A stretch of DNA of 64,000 nucleotides from Vairimorpha necatrix. Taxonomy: Eukaryota. Below the pieces are notes generated by a model. It had not been told where the DNA came from. It searched no databases and was given only the letters and a program-made list of their open reading frames with translations. The position numbers and the translations under genes were made by a program. Below, one piece after another: positions 44,301 to 55,075 of this stretch. Position 1 is the first letter of the stretch; each line of letters begins with the position of its first letter. Location of the stretch: the NCBI GenBank assembly GCA_036630325.1, contig CP142729.1:558001-622000 (forward strand). The letters are read 5' to 3'.

Positions 44301-46145
44301 CAAGTTACTGACATTAATATTTGCCGATTTATTTATCAGTTCATTAATATTTTCGAAATTTGGGTCTTTGTTTTTTGTAATCCAATTATTTACTAAATAT
44401 TCTACATTTCCAGCGTAATGTTCTAAAATGAATCCATCCTTGAAATACACACTCTTAAATTTACTATTTTTTATGGTGCTGTTCAACTTATTAAGGAATG
44501 TTTCGTCTGATGCCTTAGGCATGACACATTCTTCATCTAAATAACTTAATATTCCTATAGGATTACTTTTCTCTATTAAATCGATAGTAGGTTGTAAATC
44601 TAAGCCGAAATCTATAAAATTCCATTCTATGTTTTCTTTCTTATAAATGTCTTGTTCTAAAATGAACATGTGATGATTAAAAAATTGTTGTAATTTCTCA
44701 TTAGTGTAATTTATACACAATTGTTCAAAACCATTTTCTTGAAATATTTCGAATCCTGCAATGTCTAAAACTCCAATGAAGTTTGTACTTTGAGAAGTGC
44801 CTAATTTGTTATTTAATTCATTAATTATTTGATCAAACATTTTATCATATAAAATCTTGGCCAATGCGTCAATTATACTGTAAACTTGTTCTGTTGATCT
44901 ACTCTGAACAATAAACTCTTTTCCTGCTTTAATTACAGGATAAAGTAGACTGTTTATAAATTGAGAAGAGGGTATTTCTAATAATTTACAAATTTTATCT
45001 ACAACTTCTAAATTTTCTATTTCTGTTTTCCCATTCCTCTCAATTATTTTAATATTTCCCAAGTGTAACACGGCCGCGACAATTTTATAATAAAAAATTT
45101 CCACCTCTTCAGAAATATTTAAATTTCTAAAGGCTTCTCTTAATTTTGAAAATTCAATTGTATCATCAATACCTTCTATATTTCTAGTCCCCTTTAGAAA
45201 TCTAAAATTCTCAGTGACCTCGTCAATAAACAACGTCTTCCTAAGATCTTTGTCATTACATTTTAATATTTGATAAAAAATGTGATAATTTCTTTCGTCT
45301 TGATTTTGGTAAGTTATTCTACTTTTCTCTAGTAAATATTTTTCTATAAAAGCCCCACAAATATTTCCACCGTTAAATTTTATCTGTATAAATTTTCCAA
45401 ATCTACTTGAATTGTCATTTTTAATAGTTTTAGCATTACCAAATGCTTCTAAGATTGGATTTGACATGATAATTTTCTTATCAATTGTCGCTTCTATTGA
45501 AATATTATTTTTGTATTCATTGCTTCTCAATCCAATATTGTTCCTTGACTCATTTTTTAAAATGTGACTATATCCTGCTATTGATGATAAAAATTCTATG
45601 ACTTTTTTAGTGTTTTCTGTTTTTCCTGCTCCACTTTCTCCCGTAATCAAAATAGACTGATTTTCTTTATTATTCAGCATATTATTATATGCTTCATTTG
45701 CTACTCCATAAATATGCGGCTCAACTTCATTTTTCTTATTCATTGAATATTTCTTAATAAACTTTTCATTATAAATTTTCAGATCTCTGTACGGATTTAC
45801 TGATAATAAAAACAATCCTGAATAAGTATAAATCAAATTATTTTGATACCTTGAAATTAGATTATGTAAAACACTCGGTTCATTCAAATAACTCAGTGAT
45901 CCTAAATCATCAACTAGATCAAATTTAGGTGGATTCATTTTTGACACTTCGCTTTCTTTACAAGTGATGATTTCATTATTTACTTCTACAAAAATTTTAT
46001 CATTTTCTTCTTTTATGATGTGCCCGACTACATAACATTTCTCTTTGTCTGTTACCCAGATCCATTTCTTGTCTATATTTTTGTAATCAGTGCTTTTGTT
46101 TTTTTCAGATAAATTTAGAACTTCTTCTTTTTTTTCTGTTTTCAT
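41391..46145 (-). CDS. MYO1: Myosin II heavy chain
   Basis: NPPKFD, GESGAGKT, NDNSSRFGK, DIAGFE, FVRCIIPN, QLKCNGVLEGIRI, KIKPLL, long coiled-coil tail. Confidence 0.95.
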   Translation of the reverse strand: MKTEKKEEVLNLSEKNKSTDYKNIDKKWIWVTDKEKCYVVGHIIKEENDKIFVEVNNEIITCKESEVSKMNPPKFDLVDDLGSLSYLNEPSVLHNLISRYQNNLIYTYSGLFLLSVNPYRDLKIYNEKFIKKYSMNKKNEVEPHIYGVANEAYNNMLNNKENQSILITGESGAGKTENTKKVIEFLSSIAGYSHILKNESRNNIGLRSNEYKNNISIEATIDKKIIMSNPILEAFGNAKTIKNDNSSRFGKFIQIKFNGGNICGAFIEKYLLEKSRITYQNQDERNYHIFYQILKCNDKDLRKTLFIDEVTENFRFLKGTRNIEGIDDTIEFSKLREAFRNLNISEEVEIFYYKIVAAVLHLGNIKIIERNGKTEIENLEVVDKICKLLEIPSSQFINSLLYPVIKAGKEFIVQSRSTEQVYSIIDALAKILYDKMFDQIINELNNKLGTSQSTNFIGVLDIAGFEIFQENGFEQLCINYTNEKLQQFFNHHMFILEQDIYKKENIEWNFIDFGLDLQPTIDLIEKSNPIGILSYLDEECVMPKASDETFLNKLNSTIKNSKFKSVYFKDGFILEHYAGNVEYLVNNWITKNKDPNFENINELINKSANINVSNLSFVDKNIKRGFFRTVGQKHKEQLNSLMNTLSKTNPHFVRCIIPNLKKLPNLLENKLILEQLKCNGVLEGIRISRQGYPSRMSYNEFNERYKILRNDISVSENNNVENINISPLSYNNKEYSQEILKNINLSEGSYKFGITKIFFRQGILADIENLRDIKISEIMKKIQELARIKLENLKETLNEHRNKAIKIVKKNAKICIDLQKWNWWKVYLKIKPLLDVKMRDNELKEKDKIINKLNENLEEIKKKYEALNSKNIQINQENEKINKELEIEKIHILENSELIQGIRNEAKEIEKEKEDLKNKIKVLLKDHNNEKSELIQNLEKERNTRINLEGKIEDLENNRLQNANEELRNLQKLLNNLKEENKVLLKENNMNTKDLQNKMQELKEITVKNEDLNDNLKISQSNLETSNNNLKKLKEEKNDLIFENENLEKNNLKLEKDLEDQISEFRKIFEENKSLKSDFNLLKSDNNINLKKIKNLEDQILELENSHEKFERVEKSNFHSEKIINKLKEKLEFYINSNNLLRREIDDIREKNDSLTQARMDEFFEGQRKFELEKKNLKKQVQRLTNENFIMKKELDDLKASSESSEDSTLEKLYLILDKEKKLRRDLEQKILEYESQNHNLQSIINDLSKCICSTDESCICKCASCDSSCRSFKNIYVPDTEEIEKIIKNVNLLIEGFNTSYFKILYDQKSRINALSQEMIILKNNLLEKEKENQKLNMNLQRIDKEYNNLQEKYQDINNKMADISSINENYAVNISRLESEVAEKDNIIEIYNNKYEKIKKSQVEISQESEKYLTNLKKATQAYEQRLREYSDSKDKEISNLKSKLGDLETKLSLEYNKYELLCSEYEELKKNNMKIEPINIDYNPNHLIKIQDLERKKIILEKEIKNIKNKEKMFQMHFDKFKNENKELKKNIEDMRNENFNLLKDNNMLSIKSQQMERDISDSKEMIDFLKNISLSIKKKK

Positions 46146-46402
46146 GCCCTAGAAAAAAAAATTTATTTAAATAGTTTGCATAAAATAAAAAACAACAAAC
46201 TGATAAATTTGACTTTTTATAGAATTAAATAACATTTTATTTTGAGTCATAAATTTACATTATTATTTTTTTAAGTCATTTGTTCATTACAAATTTACAA
46301 TTTTATTTATGTCATTTGTTTAAATTACTAATTTGTTGTGTCATTTGTTTATAGACTTTGTTTATTTATTTTGTGTGTTTATTAATTTTTTTACCCCATT
46401 TT

Positions 46403-46708
46403 ATGAACATTGAAAATCATTTTATTGATGCCAAAAAACTTTTAAAACTTACTAATAAAAGAATGGAGAAAGATGTCATTAAAAATGTTCAACTTCTCAG
46501 TGAGAAGTTTATTCTTGATATTATAAATAGAGCTTCTATGTTGTGTAGACATAAAGGGAAGTCTGTGCTTGATACGAGTGAAGTATCATTTGTAGTTGAA
46601 AAAGACTTTGACTATAGTTTTGGGACTAGGGAAATTATGAACATGAACCCGCAGCCCAGTAATGAGCATATTGAAAAAATGGCAGAATTAAGTAGACAAA
46701 ATAAATAA
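46403..46708 (+). CDS. TAF12: TFIID/SAGA subunit TAF12 (histone fold)
   Basis: KKL...DV...L.E.FI.DII..AS.LCRHK....LD..EV...EK and C-terminal H.EKMA. Start MNIE after CCCC. Confidence 0.8.
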   Translation: MNIENHFIDAKKLLKLTNKRMEKDVIKNVQLLSEKFILDIINRASMLCRHKGKSVLDTSEVSFVVEKDFDYSFGTREIMNMNPQPSNEHIEKMAELSRQNK

Positions 46709-47803
46709 TTTTTATAGTAGTCGAACATGTCAAATATTCACTAAATTATATATTGAGATTTGACACTCGAGTGCTTAAGCTTTAATTGTCTTTTAATATC
46801 TAGATTTGAGCTAATAAAATTGCACGAAATTTTATTATTTACTAATGCAGCAATATGGGGTTTGATCTATTTATTAATTTATTTTTTAGAAATTTGATCA
46901 TCAATAAATAAAGCATTAATTTATAATTCGCATATAATAAATATTTCTAGTATATTTTTTATTTATGCATTATCAAGTTTGTTTGTTTGCTTTACACGTC
47001 ATAAAAAAGCTTAAATATCCTAAAAAATGCATGAATATTAAAGAAATTGAAAATTTGTTTTCTTTCATATTTAATAAGATGAAGGTACAAAGTATATTAG
47101 GCCTTTGTAGTGCCTTATTGAGACTTAAGTATCTCATCTTTGAGATTTGTCTATATAATTCGAATTTTATGATTACGTATATTAGTCTTGTATTCTTTAG
47201 GTCCTCCATTAAAATTTATCAATAAAAAGTACATGACTTCTATTAATGAATATATAATGATCGATGCATAAACTTAAAAAAGGATATGTGAACTGTGATT
47301 CCCCATCTGCCAGAGAAGATGGTTTAAACTTAGAACATTTATTATTTCTTTTGATCTTAATGGGTATGATTTTCTTTTATGTTTAAGTGCGAAGATATTG
47401 CACATAAGAAGCCTACAAACATATTACAGGAGAATATTTATAGAATAGTATAGTCCGGCCAATCTTAAGACCACTGGAGATCTGTCCCTTGACATAATAT
47501 TAGAGGAGTATGTGTAGTGAGCATATCCCGTAAAAAAGAATATTTTAAATTTGATTATTTCATTGTAGTTTATTATATTACACTACTTTAAATTTACACT
47601 GTCCAGTAACTCGTTGGTATTTGTCTTGTTATGTGACAGTAGACTTGAACATGTGTTATGATTTTGTTTACTTACAAGATTATTATTTAGGTTGTGTAAT
47701 ATTTTAAATAAGATATATTTTTAAAGATATAAAGATGATCTTTCTACAGTCGTTTTTATGCCTCTATACACATTATATTTTATAGTGTTTTATTTTCGTG
47801 CTA

Positions 47804-48199
47804 TCATATTTCCTCATCTTCTTCCTCATTTGGGAATATTACTACTTCATCATTCTGTGCCTCTAAATGTGGTAAGAAGTCGTTTTTGTTTATTTTGTTC
47901 TCTATCTTTATATCATTCTTTATCTCTTTAAAGATGATTTCTCCCCTTTCTCTTATTATATTATAATATTTTACTATCTTCCTCTTCTTATTTATATACA
48001 CCAGATTGTTTCTTATTTCTACTATCTCATTGAAATACCATTTGATTTTTCTCAGATCTGGTGATTCCTCATGTATACAATACACTACATGTGGATCCAG
48101 ATCATGTACATTACTAATATCTTGTACTTCTTTAGTTCTGAATATTTGTTCACTTATAATATTCCCTGGTATCTCGTATTTGTCGATTACTAATTTCAT
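47804..48199 (-). CDS. Hypothetical protein, possibly a reduced Elongator Elp5-like protein
   Basis: Start reassigned to MKLVID (48199) because the upstream part overlaps RPL29. C-terminal LPHLEAQ...IFP.EEEDEE resembles the Elp5 tail. Confidence 0.5.
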   Translation of the reverse strand: MKLVIDKYEIPGNIISEQIFRTKEVQDISNVHDLDPHVVYCIHEESPDLRKIKWYFNEIVEIRNNLVYINKKRKIVKYYNIIRERGEIIFKEIKNDIKIENKINKNDFLPHLEAQNDEVVIFPNEEEDEEI

Positions 48200-48232
48200 G
48201 GTCTTAAAAATTTTTAATTCTTTTACCCTCAA
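48200..48232. promoter_or_regulatory. 33-bp bidirectional promoter with palindrome TTAAAAATTTTTAA
   Basis: Spacer between divergent ATGs at 48199 and 48233. 14-bp palindrome at 48204-48217; CCC before the RPL29 ATG. Confidence 0.6.
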
Positions 48233-48400
48233 ATGGCCAAGAAGAAGAACGGGACTCTCGCTAATAAAAATTATAAAGATCATAGGAATGGAATTAAGAG
48301 ACAGAAGATTGGGAAATTATTAGAATTACCAGGAGTAAATCAGAAATTTCTAAGAAATATGAAATATGCTAGGGAAGGCTTAAAAAGCTCTAATGAATAA
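48233..48400 (+). CDS. RPL29: 60S ribosomal protein L29 (eL29), 55 aa
   Basis: Translated by hand: [55 protein letters not shown]. Matches eL29 MAKSKN...HRNGIK...GV..KF.RN. Confidence 0.92.
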
Positions 48401-48527
48401 ACATTTACTTATATTTACATTTTATCATTTTGTTTTATATTGTATAGATTTATAATGTATTTATATTATATTTGTTTTTAATATGTTGTAGATTTATAAT
48501 GGATATATATTATATTAGTTTTTTTAC

Positions 48528-48651
48528 TGTCGTAGGAGCTCTTGGGATCCCACATGTTTGACATTTCTTAATATTAAAAACTTTTATATTTTACCCCCAA
48601 GCAACATGGAGAGAAAGAAGATAACAATAAATAAACAATTAAATATCGACG
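48528..48651 (+). repeat. 5' LTR of the decayed gypsy element
   Basis: TGTCG...CGAC(G); about 11 differences from the 3' LTR by manual count. Confidence 0.9.
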
Positions 48652-48783
48652 TGGCGACGATAGCAAAAGCTATTAGTGATTTCAGTGGAGATAGAGGAGA
48701 GGACATTGAGATGTGGCTAAAGGAAGGGAACATTTTGTCACGGGCTGCAGAATTATCAGAGAACGCTATTTTGGGGTTGATCA

Positions 48784-49132
48784 TGTCAGGCTGCAGACCT
48801 GCACTGACGATACGGCTTCCAGTTAAACAATAATAATTGGACCTGTCAAACATCTCGAAGTAGTGTAAACAAACATTGAACATTTGACATGCACAAACTA
48901 AAAGTAGGAAAAGTGCATGTCACATGAAGTACTACTACTTTAGTAGAACTTTGGTTTCTTGTTTGTTTGTTTACATCTCAAAGAGTTTGACAGTTAATCT
49001 AATTAACTATTTAAACGGAATTTACCCCTAACCCACAATTCCGATGAGCAACAAAAAGATAACAACTCAAATAAATATGTTAACTTAGACTCACCCTCTT
49101 CTACTTCGGATCAGGCTACATGCCGGATCACA
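48784..49132 (+). mobile_element. Solo LTR (349 bp) of a second family, nested in gag
   Basis: TG...CA termini; 5-bp TSD GATCA (48779-48783 / 49133-49137). Removing it restores gag ...ILGLI-IFKLTGIAQT. Confidence 0.85.
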
Positions 49133-52100
49133 GATCATATTTAAACTGACTGGAATTGCCCAAACGTACTTAATATCTCTGACAAATGGGAACATTGCCA
49201 ATATCACCTTGACAAGTTTAATAATGAATTTAAAAAACGGTTTGGTAATCAAACTAACACAGACGAGATTCTTGGTCGTTTTCTAGCCATCAAAACGGTT
49301 TATTTATACGAAGAATATGTAGTACTGCTTAAAGAAGCTACCACATTGTTTGAAAGAGAATGCATATCACAAAAATCACTAATAAGGAAGACTATTTTAA
49401 AGTCACCGCAGATACTTAAAACCTTGTTATATCAATACTCATGTTGCGCTTTAGATTGGAATCATTTTGTCCAACAAGCGGAGGAGGCGGCTTGGATGAC
49501 TTTTCCCGAGAGAATCAATAATAGAATAGCATCTACTGGAGCAAAGACGGTTTATCAGAAAAGATCAAAGACTCGGAAGACTCAAGGAAAAGGGCTTTTC
49601 TGCATTATTTACAAGCAGGGAAGTCACACAACAGAGATTTGATACGTTGTTAAGCAATTAGAAGAAAAAGGATGGAAGAAAGGAAAATCGGCTAATGTGT
49701 TGGAAGAAATAAACAACGAAGAAAGAGGCATTGACGAAGACAATAAAGACTTTAACATCTACTCATCGAATTCACTTAGTTTCAAAAAAAATCCTTTCTT
49801 TATATATTCTACTCTTTTAAAGGCCGCTCCTCATCTGACACTCATTGATACAGGAGCCGATATTCTACTGATAAACATTAACCAGATATCAGATAAAAAT
49901 AAGATAACATCTACAAGTGCGAAAATTAGATCAGCCTCGGGCTCTTTCATCAATATAATAGGTGAAATTAAGGACCTTAGATTAAGAGTGTTCGATCTAG
50001 AAATTATTTACTCACCATTGGTTTGTAAAGGACTAAATGACTATTCTATCCTCGGAACTGATGTTATAATAAAATATCTACGCTTAGTTCAAAAAATTGT
50101 AAGAAATTTCTTACCTTCAACAAGAATAAATAGTATTCCGTCGGAGCCGGAGACTAGTGCAGAAACTAAAACATATTTTACAGAAGGAAATATTAGATCT
50201 AACACTAGTCATATAAGTGAGAATATGGGCCAACCAATCACTTCAGAAATTCGTCCCAAAGAGAACGAAATAATTACTAAATTTTCAGGATGCTTTGGAG
50301 AAACCATAGCACCAGAACCCATCAAAGGGGCAACATTACACTTTATAGACACAGGAGATCATCCTCCTTAAACCAAAAGAACCATAGAATCCCTATACAT
50401 TATGAACAAGAAATTGGCGAAGACATTCAAAAGAATTTACAATTATGAGTTTTAAGAAAATCTAATGGCCCATGGTGTTCAGAACTCGTTCCGGTTCAAA
50501 AGCCCGATAAATCGTTAAGACTATGCATTGACTTCCGAGCTCTAAACAAAATAACGATAAGAGACAAATATCCACTTCCTCGAATTGATGAAATATAAGA
50601 CAGATTAGCTGAAGTAAGGACATTTTCTACCCTAGATGCAACATCTGGGTACTACCAGATAGGCATGAACGAATCAGATAAACAGAAAACGGCATTTGCA
50701 TGGAAGGGCGGACTATATGAATACAACAAAATGCCTTTCGGGTTATGTAATGCCCCCGCTACATTCTAAAGAGCTATGGATAGACTAATCGGAAATCCGT
50801 GCAACGACTTTGTTATTCCCTATCTAGACGATATAATCATTTTCTCAAAGAATGAAAAGGAACACGGAAAACATCTTTTATTTGTGTTAGATAAATTAAA
50901 GGAAACAGGTATAGTTTTAAAGAAACCAAAATGCATATTTTTCGAGACGAGATTAAAATACTAGGGAGTATTATTTCAAGGGGTTACTTAAAACCCGACC
51001 CTAAAAAGATTGAGACAATCCAAAAATACCCCTTTCCAGAGAACCTTAAAAGCTTACGGTCATTCTTGGGGTTAGTGAATTACTGCCGCGAATATGTAGC
51101 ATCTTATGCCGAGTTAACAGGGCCATTTTTTAACCTTCACAAGGGAGAAACAAAAAATAGTGTAAAAAGAGTACACTGGTCAGAAGATTTACAGATAAAG
51201 TTTTCCAAGCTAAAGCAAGCCCTTGCAGGCGAAATAAAATTGAAACAACCAGACTTTAAGAAAAAATTTATCTTAATCACTGATGCTTCTGAAATTGGAA
51301 TTGGTGCTGTCCTTGCACAAACTGACGATAATGGTGTAGAGGAAGCGATCTCATTATATAGTAAAAGATTCGATAATTGCCAAATGAACTATTCAGTTAC
51401 AGACAAAGAACTTCTGGCTGTAGTTAAAGGCATTAATAACTATAGACATTACCTCTTAGGTAAAGAATTTACATTAAGAACGGACCATAAAGCACTTACA
51501 TATTTATGGGAGTCAAAAAATCCTACAAGCAGGATCCTAAGATGGTCAATGATGTTACAAGAATATAAATTTGACATTGAATATATAAAGGGCGAGGACA
51601 ATATTGCGGACGGCTGTAGTAGAATATTTAGCAATGAAATAAGAATTTCTAGTATCACTAAAGACTTTTCGAGAGAAGAAAAGGAAAAGATACTTAAAGC
51701 CTATCACATTGAAACGGGACATGGATCCATCAATAACATGGAATTTACAATCAAGGGAAAATACTATTATGAAGAAATTTATAAAGATATCGAAAAGATG
51801 GTCTCAGAGTGTGTTATTTGCTTGAAATCTGCAAAGAAAATAAGAAACATAAAACATAGGGTGATCGAAACTAGCAATCACAACGAGCTTTGGGAAGTTG
51901 ACTTGATAGACCGAATTCCATACAATAACGCCAATCATTTTATCTTAGTAGCGTTCGACCATTACAGCAAATGGATAGAGACAAAACATTTAAAAAACAA
52001 GGAAGCTGAAACCATTAGAGACACTATTGAAGAAATAATAATTAAGAAACATGGTACACCGAAAACAATTTTCTCGGATTGCGGACTAGAGTTTAAGAAC

Positions 52101-52669
52101 AAGCAAATAAATGATCATAAAGTTAAATATGTGTTTGAATGGAAATACTCATCACCCGAACACCATAATACATTAGGATGTGTTGAGAGAGTAAACCAGA
52201 CACTTTGGATCAATATAAAAAACTTACCAACTACGGAGAACCCTCTTGGAGAAGTGCATTAGAAAAAGCAACGCTCGCCGCGAATATATCCTTTAATAGG
52301 GCTATAGGAACTTCCCCATTCATTTTTAAATATGCAAGATCTCCTGAATTTGAGATTGATAAGATTTTTGAAAGGAATCCTATAAAATTCTTAAGAACAT
52401 CTCTGACTAAGAAAAGGAATGAAAATTTTACGAAGTATAGAAAAAGTATAGAAAAGGGGACTATAACAGCTCCATCAAATTTTTCCATTGGAGATAAAGT
52501 TTTAATATACAGAGAAAGCAAAAATAATAAAATGGAAGCTAATTGGTTGCCGGGTTATGAAATAACGGATAGAATTTTACCAGACAAGTTTATGGCTAAA
52601 ATTAAAAAAAGTCTAATTAGAGTAAATAAGGCTCATATTAAACACGATCTTTCTTTTGGGGGGAGGAGA

Positions 52670-52792
52670 AGGCGTAGGAGCTCTTGGGATCCTACATGTT
52701 TGACATTTTTTAATATTTAAAATTTTTATATTTTCCTCCAAGCAACATGGAAAGAAAGGAGATAACAATAAATAAACAATTAAATATCGACA
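52670..52792 (+). repeat. 3' LTR of the decayed gypsy element
   Basis: Follows the PPT, ends ...TCGACA, then TSD TTTAC. Confidence 0.9.
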
Positions 52793-52979
52793 TTTACCAT
52801 ATAGGTTTATATTATATTTGTTTTTTTACATTTTAAATTTAAATTACATAATGTTTAAAATTATATATATTTATATATATATATTTTGTTAGAATGATAC
52901 ATATATTCTTTGATTTGTTGTGCCCCTTTTTAAAAGGGGTACTTTTTTATTTAAATTAATTTTTTTTTAATTAAAAATC

Positions 52980-53264
52980 ATGTCAGTCGAGTTTAAAGAT
53001 GCCAGTGCTACTAAAATGGGGAATCTTATGAGTGACAGTACAGAAGTAGTGGATGTGAATGATGTAATTAAGTATGTAGAGAAATTTGATTATTCTAAAA
53101 GGACGAATCTTGTCCCATTTGTCATTTATATGGACGCTGATTTTAATAAGGTCATCCAGACGGAGAAGAAGAAGACGGCTGTGGTTCTTTTACTTAAAAT
53201 AACTTTAGTATTTATATTGATTATGATAGTATTATATTTTATAACAAAACTTATTGGTAAATAA
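52980..53264 (+). CDS. Small tail-anchored membrane protein
   Basis: 94-aa ORF with a C-terminal TM segment. Confidence 0.65.
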   Translation: MSVEFKDASATKMGNLMSDSTEVVDVNDVIKYVEKFDYSKRTNLVPFVIYMDADFNKVIQTEKKKTAVVLLLKITLVFILIMIVLYFITKLIGK

Positions 53265-53336
53265 ATGAAAAATAAAATAAAATATTAGTATTATATACTA
53301 TAAGATAAATAATTATATAATAGATAATGTTTATTT

Positions 53337-54212
53337 TTATATGAATCTTGTGGTTACTTCTATTGGTCTATTCACTAATTTAATCTCATCTGTCATCTTA
53401 TTATATACACACCCAAGTATCTTGAAATAATCTAATACTGTCTCAATCTTCTGATTGAAACTTGGAACACTCGCCAATTTCACTTTCCCATTTTCAATTT
53501 GTAAAATGAGAATATAAATCTTAATTATAATTTTATCTCTAAATAATTTCGGGAGTCTTCTGTTCTCAATTTCATTGAGAAACAAAGGAGTCAGAGAAAT
53601 GTAAGGAGAAAATTCAAAGACATCCTCCGTGACAAATTTGAAATTTAGTAGTCTAAGCAGAGCATCAAGTAATAAAATCTTGATTTTATTACTTGGGCTC
53701 CCATCATAGAATCTCTTAGTAATTTCTAATAACTCCAAGTCTTCTATTTTTAAATTCTTAAAAGATTCTAAAATGTCTTCACTGAACATGTCCAGTAAAT
53801 TAAAAGCTTCTAGTAAATTTGTACTGCTCTGAGTCTTAGGCAAGATCAGAGATTTATTGTCAAATCTCTTGACAGGGTTTTTTAAATATCCATCAGTCTG
53901 AGATACTTTAAGTTTATCTTGATCTTTTTTACTACCAAATGTCTTGATTAAATCTATCCTGTCATAATCTTCTTGTTTTATTCCTGACTCGTAGACGACT
54001 TCGCATTCTATGATTTTGGCCTCTTGGATATTTTCAAGATTTAAAATGTCTGAATCTTGAGATTCAATAATAAAGAAATTACAGTCCATTGGTTTTTCTG
54101 TTCCATTTATTTGGATATTGTCTATTTGTTCAATGAAGTAAATTGAGTCGTCTTTTTCTTTGAAATTTATATTTATTTTATCTTTAAGATTGAAATTTGT
54201 AAGGATGTACAT
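53337..54212 (-). CDS. RPA49: RNA polymerase I subunit RPA49-like
   Basis: LIKTFGSKK (cf. LGEAFGTKK), RDKIIIKIYILILQIENG and YFKILGC resemble Rpa49 motifs. Confidence 0.75.
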   Translation of the reverse strand: MYILTNFNLKDKININFKEKDDSIYFIEQIDNIQINGTEKPMDCNFFIIESQDSDILNLENIQEAKIIECEVVYESGIKQEDYDRIDLIKTFGSKKDQDKLKVSQTDGYLKNPVKRFDNKSLILPKTQSSTNLLEAFNLLDMFSEDILESFKNLKIEDLELLEITKRFYDGSPSNKIKILLLDALLRLLNFKFVTEDVFEFSPYISLTPLFLNEIENRRLPKLFRDKIIIKIYILILQIENGKVKLASVPSFNQKIETVLDYFKILGCVYNKMTDEIKLVNRPIEVTTRFI

Positions 54213-54355
54213 TTGGGGTAAATAAAAATTCTTTTATATATATGATGATATTGTAATTAATAATTTATAAGTGGTATTTGTTTTATTTACAATTTATAAA
54301 ATTAATAAATTTTATTTTTTTTTAAAATGTTTTTGTTGCCCTTCACTTGGAAATT

Positions 54356-55054
54356 ATGGATTTTGAAAATTTCGAGAGTAAAATTCTGAAAGATTTTACT
54401 AATAAAATGTTAAATAAACAAGAAATCGAACAAATTTGTAAAAAAGCCATAGATCTGAAAATTATAGATTCTTCTGATATTCAAATAGAAGAAATTCCTG
54501 AAAATACAACAGAAAACATATTAAAAATTATAAGAAGATGTAGAAATTTATATTTAAATACTTCTATAAATGATAAATCATTTATAAGTACGAAATATCA
54601 TTCACCGATATCTAGGGATCATACAATAAATAAAGATCCCACAATATATAAAGATTCAAATTTAATTAGAGATCCCACAATATATAAAGATCCAAATTTA
54701 ATTAAAGATTCAAATTTTATTAGTGATAATATTGTAAATAGCCCATTTTATAATCAAAAAAGAGATTTTTTAAATTCTAAATTTGAGTCGCCTTTGGTGA
54801 CTAAAAATCAGAATATAGAAAATCCATTTACAAATGACAACGATTTAATGTCATTTTGTGAAGATCTGAGGACTAAAACTAAATCAATAAAAAAAAATCA
54901 AAAAGGAAAAACTATAAAACTAATAAATGAAGTTATTGATAATTTTGTACAATATAAAATACGGAAGAAAAAGAGTAATAAATATGTGTATAGTATGATA
55001 ATATGTGGAGTGTGTATAATTACATATATAATTTATAAACCAGTCCCTATATAA
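54356..55054 (+). CDS. Tail-anchored protein with internal repeats, possibly KASH-like
   Basis: C-terminal TM followed by KPVPI-stop; repeated (K/R)DPTIYKD(S/P)NLI. Confidence 0.6.
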   Translation: MDFENFESKILKDFTNKMLNKQEIEQICKKAIDLKIIDSSDIQIEEIPENTTENILKIIRRCRNLYLNTSINDKSFISTKYHSPISRDHTINKDPTIYKDSNLIRDPTIYKDPNLIKDSNFISDNIVNSPFYNQKRDFLNSKFESPLVTKNQNIENPFTNDNDLMSFCEDLRTKTKSIKKNQKGKTIKLINEVIDNFVQYKIRKKKSNKYVYSMIICGVCIITYIIYKPVPI

Positions 55055-55075
55055 AAAAGAAATAAAAAAAATTTA

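Larger units (their letters stand above)
48528..52792 (+). mobile_element. Ty3/gypsy LTR retrotransposon, decayed full-length copy
   Basis: LTRs 48528-48651 and 52670-52792; 5-bp TSD TTTAC; PBS TGGCGACGA at 48652; PPT GGGGGGAGGAGA before the 3' LTR. PR LIDTGAD, RT YLDD, RH TDAS and IN HHCC/DDE are split by stops and frameshifts. Confidence 0.95.

Noticed and set aside
46965-47560. Short overlapping ORFs or a possible retroelement scrap
   Set aside because: Only a weak LKKGY-like fragment, which is too little to call.
48006-48323. 105-aa plus-strand ORF and the extended N-terminus of 47804..48283
   Set aside because: Both overlap the real RPL29 gene in other frames or strands.
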